Program-made: the position numbers and the translations under genes
Shown: piece after piece, positions 1 through 14,900 of the stretch
Position numbering within the stretch: position 1 is the stretch's first letter
Layout of the letters: each line of letters begins with the position of its first letter
Source of the DNA: Octopus sinensis
Taxonomy: Eukaryota
Assembly: GCF_006345805.1 (NCBI RefSeq)
Contig: NC_043014.1
Location: 7,998,001-8,062,000 of the forward strand
Direction: 5' to 3'
Length of the DNA stretch: 64,000 nt
Notes under the pieces: model-generated
Databases searched by the model: none
What the model saw: only the letters and a program-made list of their open reading frames with translations
What the model was told of the DNA's origin: nothing

Positions 1-1110
1 CACTTCCAAATTTGGTGGAGGCATCGACGAAGATCCTCTATATTACCGCGAGGAGCGCGACCAGTTTGATATCGTCGGCAAATAGAAGGGTGTCGTGTTG
101 CGTGAGGTCGTCGGGCAAGTCATTTATGAAGACTAAGAACAACAAGGGCCCAAGCACTGAACCTTGAGGCACGCCACTGCTCGCACTGGAGACGTCGGAC
201 CGCGAACCATTAACTTGGACTTGGAAGGAGCGATCTGAGAGGAAGGCACCAACCCATCGTACAATATCCGGATGGAAACTATATGCCTGAAGCTTGACAA
301 GTAATAGGCGGTGGTTTACCGAGTCAAAAGCTTTGGCAAAGTCCAATAAAACGATGTCAACAGCATCACTATCATCGAGGATGCGCGTCACCAATTCTTC
401 CATTACTAGTAAGTTGGTCAAGCATGATCTCTTCGGCACGAAGCCGTGTTGGGAATCAGAGATAGAGGCTGTGTTTAGGAGGTGGAGCATCATACTTTTC
501 TTAAGGATGGTTTCGAACATCTTGCTGATTATTGATGTAAGGGAAACCGGTCGGTAGTTAAGCGGGTCTTCGCGGCTCCCTTTCTTGAAAATTGGGCAGA
601 TTATCGCTGTTCCCAGTCTGCAGGTATAACCCCCGTCGCCAATGACATATTGAATAGTCGCGTTAAGGGCTCGCAGATGACCGGAGAGCCAACGCTTTGA
701 TAACCCGTGGGTGTATGCCGTCAGGGCCGTGACCCTTGTTGACATCGAGGCCTTGAATAACACGTTTGACTTCGTCCCGCGTGATGACCAATCGAAGCAT
801 TGGAGGTACCGATCTATCAAAAAGGAGGGGGTTCACGATCATCATCTTGTTTGAAAATAGTTGAAAAAGCCTCGGCAAATAATTGACTCTGTTGATAAGG
901 GTCCTCAATCGATACGCCTGTTGAGTCTACAACGTTGCAATCTGGTTGTTCAAGCGGAATTCCGCTGGACATGGGCAAAGAAGGTTTTGGATTGCTACTG
1001 GCATTTGCCGCGATTTTGTATTCATAACTTAAGCGTTCTTTCTTTTCGATTTTCACGGCTCGGTCTCGTGTTTTGTACACCTCAAAAGCTGCAGTCGAAT
1101 CCAGATTTTT
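1..1110 (-). mobile_element. CR1/L2-type LINE ORF2 reverse transcriptase fragment, frameshifted
   Basis: Motifs spread over several frames: GPDGIHPRVIK, PIFKKGSREDPLNYRPVSLTS, QHGF..RSCLTNLL, LDFAKAFDSVNH, SGVPQGSVLGPLLFLVFINDL, LFADDIKL. Runs off the window start. Confidence 0.9.
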
Positions 1111-1326
1111 GAATTCAGCCCAAGCTATATTTAAGCAAAATAGTATACATATAAGATCCCTGTGCCTTGTGTATTTAAATAGTGTTTAAAATTGGAAAAA
1201 AGAGGAAGACCCTAAAAGAGTTTATATGCGTAAATATTCAGTGTGGATATAGGCAAATACGTAGATGGATACAGATGTATGTAAACTAATAGAAAAATCA
1301 CATAATAAGAAAGAATGAAATAAAGC

Positions 1327-1358
<32 letters not shown>

Positions 1359-1559
1359 TATATATAATAAAATATTAGAAAAAAAACCACTTTTATCAAT
1401 TCAAAATGAATAATTAAATTACACCATCTAGAAAATTACACATATATATATTTTATATATATATATTATATTGTGTGGAATTTGATTTAGTATTTCTAAA
1501 TTGAATTCTTTTTCCTTGGAAGTTTGGATTATATTCCCTCAAATAATAATTATGATAAT

Positions 1560-1566
1560 ATATAGG

Positions 1567-1632
<66 letters not shown>

Positions 1633-1665
1633 TATATATTATAATATATAATGATATATATATAT

Positions 1666-1749
<84 letters not shown>

Positions 1750-1870
1750 TATATATATGTATATATATATATTATATATATGTATGTATTAATATATATA
1801 TATAATATATATATATATAATTATATATATATATATATATATATAGATATATATATATATATATATATTG
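1560..1870. repeat. (TA)n microsatellite, one of dozens in the window
   Basis: Seen directly. Produces spurious IYIYIY ORFs. Confidence 0.95.
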
Positions 1871-2578
1871 TGCGTGTGTGTGGTTTGTGGTGGACTGTTA
1901 CTTGGGAATAAAATTGACATTTCTCAGAGAGCAATAATAAAGATATGTTATGCCGAAGATGCAGATAATTTTTGACTTCCCCTCGTTTATTTCACACAAA
2001 ATATATTGACAATATGAATTGGAAAGCTGTTGTTAATAAAAATTTTGAGATAAAATCACGTTTTGAAACGTATTAGGAACATTGATTCATGTTCAGATTT
2101 ATTTATACCTGCATAATGTTTAGGTAGAATGATTTATTAATCGGACTTATAACTTCTATAATAACTTCAATATGTTTTAAAATTGTCAAATTACGAGTCT
2201 AGTTTTTTGAGAAACAAACTGTTACTGTAAATCAATGCATTTCCTAAATAAGCTCATGGTAACGGTAACCTTGTTACTAACAAGCACGATATATTTATTT
2301 GTGTGAGAGCCATAGTCAAGTGATTGAATTAAGTAAAAGAATAAATTAATGTATTCGTATACATACACAGCAATATGTGAAGTGGTGGATTTCTAAAACT
2401 CCAACGTTTTGTGTAAGGGTAAAGAGGCTTTCTCTAATCATTAACATATTTCGAGAAAAAAAAAAATTTGTAACATTAGTTATAAACTATTAACTATTTA
2501 AACTATTCGTTATGATTTCTTTGAAGGTAATTATTTCTGTGTAGTTCACACAAACTGAGTAAGACCAAGCTGCCTTTG

Positions 2579-2620
<42 letters not shown>

Positions 2621-2779
2621 TCTCTTTCTCTCTCTCTCTCTTTCTCTCTCTCGCTCTCTCTCATCTCTCGCTCTCTGCTCTCTCTTTGCCCTCTCTCTCT
2701 TTTTTCTCTCTTTGATTCTTCTCTGTCCTTTTCTTTCTCTCTCTCGTCGTCTCGCTCTCTCTCTCTTTCTCTCTTCTTA

Positions 2780-2817
<38 letters not shown>

Positions 2818-2968
2818 GCTCTCTCTTCTCTCGCTCTCTCTCCTTTCCGCTCTCTCTTTTTTTCTCTCTTTTGCTCTCGCTCTTTTTTTCTCTCTCTCTC
2901 TTTCTCTCTCTCTCTTTCTCTCTTATCTCTCTCTCTTTCTCTCTCTCGCTCTCTCTCTCTCTCTCTCG

Positions 2969-2999
<31 letters not shown>

Positions 3000-3028
3000 G
3001 CTCTCTCTCTCTTTCTCTCTCTCTCTCG

Positions 3029-3073
<45 letters not shown>
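2579..3073. repeat. Degenerate (CT)n/(GA)n polypyrimidine tract, about 500 bp
   Basis: Seen directly. Source of the SLSLSL and ERERER ORFs. Confidence 0.95.
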
Positions 3074-3075
<2 letters not shown>

Positions 3076-3214
3076 ACACCACATATATATCATTATAATT
3101 TTACTTTACATTACATTTTACAGTATTTTTTTTTTCTTCTCCCCTTTATAAACGTGACTGTGCGCACGAAATAACACAAATACACGTAGACATGTTAACA
3201 CATGTACTTTTATT

Positions 3215-3605
3215 ATGCTTTCAAATACCTTGGTGCGTGGACACAAACTACTGAAAAAGACATCGTAGCAAAGAAAGCTCTTGCCTGGAGTGGATGCCAT
3301 AGATTGAGAAATGTCTGGAGTTCAAAGTTAGCAAGGAAATTGAAAGTGGGGTTGTTTCTGGGAGCAGTGGCTCCTGCTCTCCTATACGGGGCTGAAGTAT
3401 GGATGCTCACTAAAGCATTGAAGAAGCAGTTGGACGGTTGTTATACGAGGATGCTTAGAATGACACTCGATGTCTCCTGGAAGAGTCATACAACAAACGC
3501 CACCTTATACCAGGGACTACCAAAAGTAACATTGAAGATACAGCATAGAAGGATGAGGCTAGCTGGACACTACTTCAGACATACCGATGAAATTGCTAAT
3601 AAGCT
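3215..3605 (+). mobile_element. RTE-clade LINE 3' RT fragment
   Basis: FKYLGAW, LLYGAEVW.LTK, LDGCYTRMLR..L.VSW, RRMRLAGH. Confidence 0.8.
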
Positions 3606-4083
3606 AGAGTTTATCCTCTCGTACACCTTTCTACATACCTGAGTAATCACTCTCCACCGCTGAATTAGACACTTTCCCTCCCTCAAATAATTGTCATCCC
3701 TTTTCTCACCATCTCAGCCTCCAATAATTATATAGCTATTACTCCTAATCTTTGACATCTATTCACAAACACAGCAACAACTGATCACCCTTTAAATACA
3801 ATCATTCCCACCGCTCTCACTCATTTTCCAACTCTCCGACTCTTCTGCCACCTCCCTTAATACCCTCATGTATACCCAATGTATTACATTTAATATATTT
3901 AATTTATTCATCTGCATAATTGCCTCCATATTTCCTCAACTTGATGCTTCTTATAGTCATTCCTTATTCCACCAAATTGATTCCCTGTAAAGACATCGGA
4001 GCCTCAGTTAGAATCTTTTGAGCGCTACTAAGCGTGTTCTATATTGAGAATCTCTGAATCTCGTCTGTTGACTATATATATAT

Positions 4084-4280
4084 AAAACAATTGCAGCGTG
4101 GAAGGTGTTTATAAGCCATTTAAGAAACACACAAAAACTCCGGAGTTTTGTCAGTGAACAGTTCGCGGTCTCAAAGCGACGAAAATATTTTGACAAATTA
4201 AATTTAAATGTTGAAGTGAATCTAACGGTCTTTGTGTGTTTCTTAAGGCTTATAAACACCTTCCACGCTGCAATTGTTTT
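4084..4280. repeat. Foldback element with about 55-bp inverted arms beside a TA run
   Basis: aaaacaattgcagcgtggaaggtgtttataagcc ... ggcttataaacaccttccacgctgcaattgtttt. A related sequence lies at about 46340-46490. Confidence 0.7.
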
Positions 4281-4445
4281 TGTTCCAGCACACGATCTCA
4301 GATCAAGTCACTCGCTATGCAAGTACATCTCCGTAATATATATATACATATATACCAAGCGATCTAGCACCATACGGTGCTAGATCGTTGGGTGTTAAAG
4401 TAGTGGTATTATTAAATTAATATCTAATTTTTTCACCCTCATTTT

Positions 4446-4524
<79 letters not shown>

Positions 4525-5868
4525 CGGTGCAGGAATGGGTGTGTGGTAAGAAATTTGCTTCCGGTCTCCCAGGATTCATTTGGTTTGTTGGATTTGCAGA
4601 AGATGGACGTGTTTTTTGGCTGTGCGACATTTTTCCTCTTGTGTGATGGAGTGCGTCGAACGAGTTGTGAAGGCTTGAGTTATTTTGTTTTGAGCGTTGA
4701 AGGCTGCCCTTCCTCGGACTATATGTCGTCAGAGGAGAGGATAGGGCTTTGGAAGAAAGAAGCTATGATGCGGCGACGGAGGAGAGGTGCGAAGAAGTAA
4801 AGTTGGGAAACGTAAACAAGTATAAGGGTATGCTGAGAGTGGGTGGAACGAAGTGGAGGTGTTCCCCCAGCCAAAAGAAGTTCTGAAGGAAGTAGCAGAA
4901 AGAACGGTTATTTATAGAAGGTACCCAGTAGCAGCCAGAAAAATTGAGAATATGTCGACGGTACAAAAGGTGTTGAGACCAGTCTGGCAACAGATTTCGT
5001 GCGGTTTGGAAAGGTAACTACAGCCAGGCTGCACTCAGCAACACTACTGAAAACGAATGAAGTAGTTTTTCTACCCGTATACCTTGGGAGACGTGCTTCC
5101 AGGGTTAGGGTGGAGAAAATACCCCCCAGAAGTGGATGTAGCCTAGCTGGTGGTGACCATACAGTTAGGAATAGAAGAGAAGGCTTGAGGTTGATAGCGT
5201 CATAAAACTTGGAAAGCAGCTGCATAAGTGGCATTCCTTGCCTGATAACGTTAAATACATGCGCAAAAGTGTCGCACGAATCTAGCTCAACGTATCACCA
5301 GATGGAAAGCTGAACGTATATGAAGAGAAAACTTTCCATGGATATGTTAGTAGAAAGCTACGGGATGATGGTAACATTGATCATGAAAGAAGTCTATCAT
5401 ATAGACCAACAATCGGATTACTAACTCCCACTTTCAAGGGTATGCGTTTGCTATCCAGGAACAAGAAATATCAATCCAATACCTGATGCGCAAAAGGAAA
5501 ATCAGTAAAATGTAATAACCGATGCAAACTTAGTGGTCTTGTGTTCGGTCACGCTTTGTAACATTCTGCGGAAATAATTTTATTCAAGCCTTCAGTTAAC
5601 CAAAGTCACGTAAAAGAAACAGGGTTAGCTGAATCTCTGCGGAAGTTCGTTGGAATGTCTACAAAGGTCCAGATTACTTCCTTTATCACACTGCTAATGC
5701 CTCAGAATTACATTATGATGACAAGCGCCAGCGGAATACTCAGCTATTTACAACATCATTCAATATGAGTTAGTTAACTCCTCGAATACTCAGCAACAGA
5801 GACCAGTTTGTTTACCCACACAATAACATGTGTGGGTGTGTATGTGTATGTATGCATGTGTGTATGTA

Positions 5869-7121
5869 CAGGGTGGGGGACCAAAATTTACAATGAACGT
5901 TAAGTTGTTTTTTCTCAGCATGCACTAAGTCAGTTGTTTTGAAACCTAGCATATATTGATGTCATAATCATACCTAACACTATTATCCTTACCTTTTAAG
6001 AAACTTTTGCCCATATGAGTAATCAAGAAAGCAAACGTCAAAGAGCGTGTTATTTGCTGAATGCACTCGTCACACCAAAGGAGATTTCAAGAATAGTTGG
6101 AGTGTCCATAAAGACTGTTTATAATGTAAAGACTAGAATGACTATGAGCAAAACTATTACGAGGAAGTCTGGAAGTGGAGGAATTAACAAAAAACGTATC
6201 AAAGCTTTTATTCAAGCTCTCAAATCCAAAATCCTAAAGGATTCAACCAAATCCATGAGAAAAATGGCAATTGAACTTGAGGTAGACAACAAGACCATTA
6301 TAAATGCAGTAAAATATGATTTGAGGTTAAAATCTTACGTAAGAACACCAAAAAACTTGTTGACAACAGCTATGAAGGAAAAGAGATTGGAAAGGTGCAA
6401 GAAAATTCTTACATGGATGAAAAGATCTTCACTGTCGATGCTGTTCTGAACCGCAGAAATGATATATTTATCGCAAAATCGACAGCCAAGGTTAAGGGGA
6501 CATTCAAAATAAAACATCCTGCTCAAGTTATGGCTTTTGGTGTTATGACTTCCGATGGAAAGAAAATGCCTATAAAATCCTACAAAGCTGATGAAAAGAT
6601 CAATGTTAATACTTACTACAAGACCCTGAGATCCCACGTATTGCCAGGGCTTAAAGCAAACTACCCAGATGGTAATTATGTATGGACACAGGATGGTGCT
6701 CCATCCCCCACAGCTGGAAAAGTACATGATTTCTGCAAATCCAACTTTAGCAATATTTTGGAATCATGTTTTTGGCCGCCTTCTAGCCCAGATCTAAATC
6801 TTCTGGATTATGCTATTTGGGGCGTTTTAGAACACGCTGCCAATAAAACATCACACAGCATTGTCGACTTTCTTAAAGATACTATTATAGAAGAATGGGA
6901 GAAGTTGTCTCCCGAATATTTGAGGAACGCCTGTGCAAGTTTCAGGAACCGTGTAAAGGCAGTTATTGAGAAAGAAGGAGGACACATAGAATAAAAACAT
7001 TTTCTATTATGTAAATTTTCTTGTGGCAAATACCTTCTCATGATTTTCAATAAACTTATTGGTCATACGCTGTCTTTCAATCCCTGCCTCAAAATATTGT
7101 AAATTTTGCTTCCCCACCCTG
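5869..7121 (+). mobile_element. Tc1/mariner transposon, DD37D (maT) family, both ends intact, transposase frameshifted
   Basis: TA on both flanks. 26-bp TIRs CAGGGTGGGG(GAC/AAG)CAAAATTTACAAT with 2 mismatches. HTH region 6015-6420, then DEKIFTV...QDGAP-(37 aa)-SPDLNLLDY to 6994. Frameshift/deletion near 6415. Confidence 0.93.
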
Positions 7122-7204
7122 TATGTATGTGTGTATGTGTATGTGCGTATTTGTTTGCCTATGTCTTTAGCTTTACTCTTGTATGTGTGTGTGTGTGTGT
7201 GTGT

Positions 7205-7255
<51 letters not shown>

Positions 7256-7693
7256 TGTGCGTGTGTGTGTGTGTGTGTGAACACGAATAAGCCTAATGAA
7301 TAAGTTTTAATTCCGCGAAATATTGAATCCTGTGAATATGTTTTTAAAAAACAAAATTCTATGAAAATATTTATATTATATACATGTTTTATGTTTTTAA
7401 TATTCACATGTCAGAAATGGAGGAAATAAAGAAGCACAAAAATTTCCCACAAAAAAAAATTTTTGAAATAATAGAACTAAATAAAATGAAATATATTTTA
7501 TTGTAATATGGTGGTGTGAACAAACAAAAACATACGTTGCACTCAGCTACAATTATGCCACTATCGTCAGTCTGTCTCCAGTAAAAATGTCTACGCTTCA
7601 TAACTAAAATTTTACTTTCTAAATTGTGTTTTTTTCTTTTTGTTTCTAGTTGTTGCATGAAATCTAAGAAATATATTTTTTGCACCTTATATA

Positions 7694-7924
7694 TATTTCT
7701 TTATTACCCTCAAGGGGCTAACCACAGAGGGGACAAACAAGGACAGACAAACGGATTAAGTCGATTACAGCGACTCCAGTGAGTAACTGGTACTTAATTT
7801 ATCCACCCCGAAAGGATGAAAGGCAAAGTCGACCTCGGCAGAATTTGAACTCAGAACGTAACGGCAAACGAAATACGGCTACGCATTACGCCCGGCGTGC
7901 TAACGTTTCTGCCAGCTCGCCGCC
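7694..7924 (-). mobile_element. tRNA-derived SINE family A (head ggcggcgagctggcagaa)
   Basis: A/B-box-like head (gagttcaaatt), central gcctttcatcctttcggggt..ataaattaagtaccag, tail ccccttg.gggtaataaagaaata. Many copies in the window. Confidence 0.85.
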
Positions 7925-8039
7925 TTTTTTACACCTTATATAACCGAACATGTTTAAGCATGTATGATATTTGCATTAACGTAGATCTGTAAAGAAAGAC
8001 ACGGAATAATTTGACAATAATTTGAAGCCTAAAATATTG

Positions 8040-8647
8040 GTTTCAAATTTTGGCACAAGGTCAGATATTGTGGAGGAGGGTGTAAGTCGATTACATCGGC
8101 CCCAGTGCTCAATGGAACTTATTTTAAAGATATCGAAGGATTTAAAGCAATGTCGACCCTGGCAGGATTTGTACTCAGAATGCAAAGACGGGCGAAATGC
8201 CGCTCATTATTTTGTTCGGCGTTCTAATGATTCTGCCAGCTCACAGCATTTTCAGTATTTCAAAGCCTGAAATATTGAAAATGTTTTCGATATATTCAAA
8301 TTTCTGTATGTTAATCTCAATATATATAGATGAGTGAGTGAGTGTGTATATGTGTGTGTGCGCAAGCGTGTGTGCACGTGTGTATATCTATGCTATATAT
8401 TTTTCCAATTTATTGTGTATTTGTTTCTTTATTCTTTATTGCCCACAAGGGGCTAAACATAGAATGGACAAACAAGGACAGACAAAGGGATTGAGTCGAT
8501 TACATCGACCCCAGTGCGTAACTGGTACTTATTTAATCGACAACGAAAGGATGATAGGCAAAGTCGACATCGGTGGAATTTGAACTCAGAACGTAACGAC
8601 AGACGAAATACCGCTTACGCAATTCTCCCGGCATGCTAACGTTTCTG
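8040..8647 (-). mobile_element. Two degenerate SINE family A copies
   Basis: gtcgattacatcgaccccagtg...gaatttgaactcagaacg cores at about 8040-8240 and 8424-8647. Confidence 0.75.
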
Positions 8648-8989
8648 TGCATATATTTCTGTAATGTGCATTTATTTCTGTAATGTCTAACATTGTACTA
8701 ATGCGAATAACCAACAGGTAGTCAAATATGTACTTTCTTCTCTCTCTTAAAACAAACATACCTTCACTCCACCCGCTTTGATATTTTAACAACACCAATA
8801 TTATCATCCAGAGCTACTGTCAGTATTGTATGACGTAAAGGGACAATTAAGCTATTATGTGATAGTTCTTACCTTTAGTAGTTGCTAGGACAATACTATC
8901 TATTACCAATGGCATATGACAAATCTATCAATCACATCTAACAAATAACGGTTGTGGTTGTGTATCTATATGCACTTTTATATATGCAC

Positions 8990-9780
8990 AGGGCAGCAGC
9001 GTGTTGCAACGCAGATTGGTATGAAAGTCAATGCCTCGAAGACCAAAATCCTCACAGCCGGCTTTTCCCAACCAGACAAAACACCCATTGTCCTCAATAA
9101 TGATAAGAGGTTGAGAGTTTCAAATACCTTGGCGCCATCATTACAGCTACAGGTCAAGGTGAGGCTGACATTAAAACACGAATCGACCTCGCTCGCCAAG
9201 CCTTCAACCGACTCAGTGCGCGACTCTGGTCAAGATCTGAGATCCGACGCACCACCAAAGTACAGATCTACGAAGCACTTGTGCGAACGCTTCTCCGTTA
9301 CGGCAGCGAGTCATGGCCAATAAGGGTGGAAGATATTAAGCGACTAGAATCTTCGATTATCTCTGTCTACGCCGCATCCTTCGTGTCCGATGGCATCACC
9401 TTGTCTCCAACAATTCGGTGCGATACCAGTGCAGAATCACCTCCCTCCGACAAGTCATCCTCACGAGACGTCTGCGTTGGCTGGGTCATGCCCTCCGTCG
9501 TCAACCAGGAGAATTCATCTTCGAAGCAATTGCCCCTGCTCCCCGTCACGGTTGGCGAGAGCGATGTGGTGGACAACGAAAAACCTGGCTAATGACAATC
9601 AAGGCTGATCTGGAACCCAACCTAGGCCCCCATATCTACGGCATTCGGAGTGGTTGGAGATCACGCGTTCGTTAGCCTCAAATCGCCAGGCCTGGTCGGC
9701 GTTTGTGAGAGATGTAGCATTGAGGATGAATGAAGCCAGCTCAACCCACCCCGGGTGAATGCTGTAAGAAAAAAGAAGAA
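8990..9780 (+). mobile_element. RTE-clade LINE 3' fragment
   Basis: GMKVNASKTK, FKYLGA, LLRYGSESW, RRLRWLGHALRR, GGQRKTW across frameshifts. aaga-type tail. Confidence 0.85.
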
Positions 9781-9940
9781 GATCTATATGCACTTGGATC
9801 TTCCAAACTACCATAGTTATGCTACGAGCATAAGAACTTAAAAATAAATGAAATTTGTTTATCCTAATCTTTTCTACATACATAATATGTGTGAACACAT
9901 ACGTGTGTGAGTGTGTGCGTGTGTGTGTGTATGTGTGCGT

Positions 9941-9981
<41 letters not shown>

Positions 9982-10299
9982 CTTTAGGAGCAAGCATCGC
10001 TGTGTAAGAAGTTTACTTCTCAACCACATAATTCTGGGTTCAGCCAACTGCGTGGGACCTTCGACAAGTGTTTTTTTATTCTAGCCACTGGCCGACCAAA
10101 GAGTGAATTTGATAGACAGACGGTCAAAGAAGACTGTTATATATGCTCCCGTAACCTAGCGGTTTGGTAAATAATACTGATAGTATAAGTGCAAAGGTTT
10201 CAAAAATAAATCATGGGGTCGATTTATTCGACTAAGCTTCTTTCAAGGCGATACTTATAGCTGAGATCTAATGGCTGCAAAATTACAAATACAATTGAG

Positions 10300-10346
<47 letters not shown>

Positions 10347-11030
10347 ATTGTATTTTGTATTTATGCAGCCATTAGATCTCAGCTATGTGAGGAAAGGCTC
10401 TGCACAGACTCAATCCCACTCACTAAGCAACAGCAGCCATAATCCAAAAAGAAGAACAAGTCAACATCATCGGTAACCACTGAGCCGCAGGTTTTATGTC
10501 AGAGTTATCCCAGTTACCTGAGTCGCCTTCTCCTTGAAGGATGCCCTAACAAAGGCTAGGGGTCCTTCACTCCCAATGGATTAACCGAGCGATCGGGTAT
10601 TCAGACCGATTATTTCTATATCCCCGCGCATGATACAACCTTAAGCTGCATAAGATTGATATAAGGAGAAAAAAAATAAAATAAAAAAATAAAGAAACAT
10701 ACGATGTATATAAAAAAAACATTGACATACAAAATATACATAAAATATATGATGTGAAGTATATAAAAATTTATATAATGAGCAAGTTATAAAAATATAC
10801 AATATATAAAAATTAGTGAGAAAAAGGCAGATATACAGTAAGTATATAATTACACATTTATTGGAAGGTCGTTGATTCTCAAGAGTTCCTCTGCCCTTTG
10901 ACGGATTTTGTTTTTCATCCCGCACGGTGTCCAATAAGCACCCTCGTCACCAAGCAAACTAGGTGGGGTTGCCGGTTTAGTCGCCGACGGCCCGACCATG
11001 CAATGCCTATATACATACATATATGCACAT

Positions 11031-11067
<37 letters not shown>

Positions 11068-11951
11068 ACACACACACACACACACACACACCACACACAC
11101 CACACATATAATATATATATATAATATATATATAATATGTATATACATATATACATACATATAGTACATACTTACATATATATGTATGTATATCTATATA
11201 TATATATATTATATATATATATATATAATATATTATAGGTATATATGGGTACAGGACGTCACAAAACGTAAACAATATGAAATACGAAGGCAAACTTGGG
11301 TATGCGAACAACGAGAGAAACAAATGGAAAACAAGGCTAGTAACATAAAGAACGACCCTTCATCAGTTGTCGGTTGTTCGTCTATTCCACATTTCGAGCA
11401 ATTAACGACAATATGAGGCTTCGATAAACAGTTGCTCTCGCGATCCAAAATAAGATTTGGAATTTGCGGAGGGTCAAATTGGTAACAAAAACAGGACAGT
11501 GGAGACATGCAACAAAAATGGAGAGCCGTTAGGCAAGACGAGGTAAGGTAGCGAACACTGGAGGAATATTATCTTTGACAAGAGAATAGATAGAAGGGGA
11601 GACAGATAAGAATGCACCTGGTCTGTGCGACAAACTGAAGAAAAAAAAGATGGCCATGTGAGAAAAAGAAAGATGGGCGATGTTCACATGTGAGCAACAA
11701 GAGAGAGTAAAGGAGAAAGAGGGAGAGAGAGACACACATAGAAAACGGTGAAGAGGAGAAAAAAGAATTAGAGAAAGGAAGAGAGAGAAAACGAAAGGGG
11801 GTGAGAGAGAACAGTACAAGGTAGGGTCGCATCAAATTTATTAAGATAAACTTACTTGGAAATGGATGCGTGGCGTCCGATCATAAAAATTCTTATATGA
11901 TTGAACGCCATGCATCCATTTCCAAGTAAGTTTATCTTATTTATATATACA

Positions 11952-11981
<30 letters not shown>

Positions 11982-11982
<1 letters not shown>

Positions 11983-14900
11983 TGATTGATTGATTGATTG
12001 ATTCTAGTTTCAGCTTATGAGCTGTGGCCATGCTGGGGCACCGCCATTTGGTGTTGCTACTTGGTTTCACTTCTTGGAGGCTTTCTAGCAACTGCTATTT
12101 GGTGCATGAGAGAGTTCGATGCAGCTGCCCTCATCTGCCGTGAAGTTGGTTCATCTGGGACACCTGACAGGAAGAGATCCAGCTTCATTTTAAAGACATC
12201 TGTATCCACCCCATGCAGGTCTCTCAGGTTCTTCGGGAGGATATTGAAGAGCTGTGGGCCTCGGAACCCAGGCTATCACAGAATCTTGTCCTACATCTTG
12301 ATGGCAGGTTTGGAGTCCTAGGCACCACGCAGTGGCGCCCAGTTCTGGCATTTGCGTAACTCTCGATGCCAAAGTTCAGGACACTTCCCTCCAGGATCTT
12401 CCAGATGTATATTATGGCATATCTTTCCCGCCTACGCTCCAGAGAATATAATTTTAATCTCTTGAGTCTTTCCCAGTAGCTTACATTCTGCATAGAGGCT
12501 ATCTTCTTTGTGTAGCTTCGTTGGATCGCCTCAAGTTCTGTGATCAACTTGACACTGGATGGTGACCATAGCTGAGAGCAATAGTCAAAGTGGCTTAGGA
12601 CAAGTGTCTTCCAGAGGACCATCATGGTTTTTTGTTCTCTTGTTCTAAAGGTTCTAAGAATCCATCCAGCCAGCCGTCTACATTTCATTGTCAGTTTAGC
12701 AACATGTACATGAAAGGTCGCGTCATCACTCATGTGAATACCCAGGTCACGCACTGATTGTGCCTCTGGGATTGCAATCCCTCCGGGTCCAGTGTATTCA
12801 TTGGGTATTGCATTCAGTTTTTGCATGCTGATAGTATAAAGCTTGAAACTTTCCAGCATTGAACTGCATGCTATTCTTTTCAGCCCACTTGTATATTTCG
12901 TCCAGCTCACATTGCAGGTGTTTAGTGTCCTCAGGGTTCTGTATTGCCTGTGAAACTTTTGTATCATCTGCATAACTTGTGATCGTGGCTCTCTGCGTGG
13001 CTGAGGGCATGTCTGAGAGGGCCATTATGAACAGTAGTGGTCCCAGAACAGTGCCCTGCGGAACACCGCTCACTATTTGTGTGTTAATGGAGGTGGCCCC
13101 ATTGGCTACTACCACCTGACTTCTATCCTTCAGAAAGTCATGAAGCCATTCTCCCAGTTTTCCAACTATGTTGAGATCACGCAGTTTGTGACATATCATT
13201 CCATGATCGACTTTATCAAAGGCCTTTGCAAAGTCGAGATATATCACTTCCACATTTGAGTGGTTGAGCAGCCGTTTCAGCACCAGCACCCAGTCAGTTG
13301 TTGTAGGAGCTGAGTTAAACAGCTTCTCCCTGGTCGGAAACCATGTGGGTGTCGGGCAGCAAGTCATTCTCTTCAAGGAAGGTGATCAGCTTCCTTCTGA
13401 CTATTCGTTCCATGACCTTGCTGATGTGTGAGGTCAGAGAGATAGGTCTATAGTTCTTGGCTTCCGCTCTGCTACCTCCTTTATGAATGGGGCATATTTT
13501 ACCTTCCTTCAGTTTTCCTGGAAGTTTGCCAGCTGCAAGGAAGCTCTGAAAGAGGAACTGCAGTGGTCTTGCTAGGACTCTCTTACATGCTTTTAGGAGG
13601 ATTGCCGGGAATCCATCGGGCCAGTAGCTGAGTCTGTTTCATTTCATCTATAGCCTTGGTTACATCGTCTTCCTTTATATCGATGTAATCTATCGTCGCC
13701 GCCTCTGATTTTATATCTGCAGTGGTAAAAAAGTCAGTTGGATTGGTGATTTGGAGATGCCCAAGGGGTGGAGTGAAAACACTCTTGAATTGCTCATTCA
13801 GTATTTCACTTACCCTCATTGGTTTTCCTGTAAGTGTGCCATCCTTTTCGAGGAGTGGCCCTATTCTACAGTGCACTGTAGCTGTTTCTTTGGCATACCT
13901 GTAGAAAGCTCTGGGGTTAGATTTTATGTTTTCTATAGCCCAGGCTTCTTTGTCTGCTCTTTCTTTTTCATGGGAGAGTTGCAGACATTTTTCGATTTCC
14001 AACAGTTTTATTTTTAGGCGGGACTTTTCACTGCTTTCAATCTGTTTGTTTAGGCGATTTGAAAATTTCGTACGCCGTCTCATTAAAATTTTCCTCTCTC
14101 TCTGGGGATTTTGTTCTTGTGTACAGTGGCCTTTCTCTCTGGGACACATTTGTAGCATATGGCTTGCATTACAGACATGAATTGTTGAAGTTTCACGTCG
14201 ATGTCTGGCGAGGAGAGACATTTAGGCCAGTTTTGTTTGAGGATCTCTTTCTCAATTTGTTTCCAGTTTGCCTTATGGTAGTTCAAGCTGGAAAGATTTT
14301 GAGGGTTTCTTGTAGGCTGCATGTCCGTGCTCTCTTTTGGCCCGTACATGGTCAGCTCTATCATGTTGTGATCCGAGAGTAGTGTCGGTGTCACTTTCAC
14401 ATTATGGATGAGATCCATGTCATTTGTGAAGCAGAGATCCAGTGTGTTACCTGCCCTGGTTGGTTGGAGTATTACCTGCTCCATGTACAGGGTGTTGATG
14501 AGGTTCAGGAGGGACCTCGCCTGTCCTCGTTCACATCTTGTCATTCCTGGGAGAGAAAGGCCCTCGGGCCATCTGACATTGGGCAGATTGAAGTCTCCCA
14601 TAAGAAGCACACCTATGTGTTGTTCTAATGTGGTTAGAATTTCTTCTATTTTTATAAGGCAGTCTTCAAACTTGCCCACATGGCTTGGGCCCATCTGGAG
14701 GGCGATATGTAGCACACACAACTACATCAAGTTGCCTAATATGTACAATTAGTGTGTCACACACCGAGTTTGAGTATGACAAGAGGACCTGGGGTGTGAG
14801 GTCCTCACGGATGTCATAGCAACACCTCCATGACTCCTTTCTTTCCTGTCGGTCCGTAGTACAGCATACTGTGGTATTGTAACTCCGCATCTGCTATGTC

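Noticed and set aside
4540-5330. GC-richer stretch with 70-110 aa ORFs
   Set aside because: No recognisable domain or splice pattern. Probably degraded retroelement sequence that I cannot classify.
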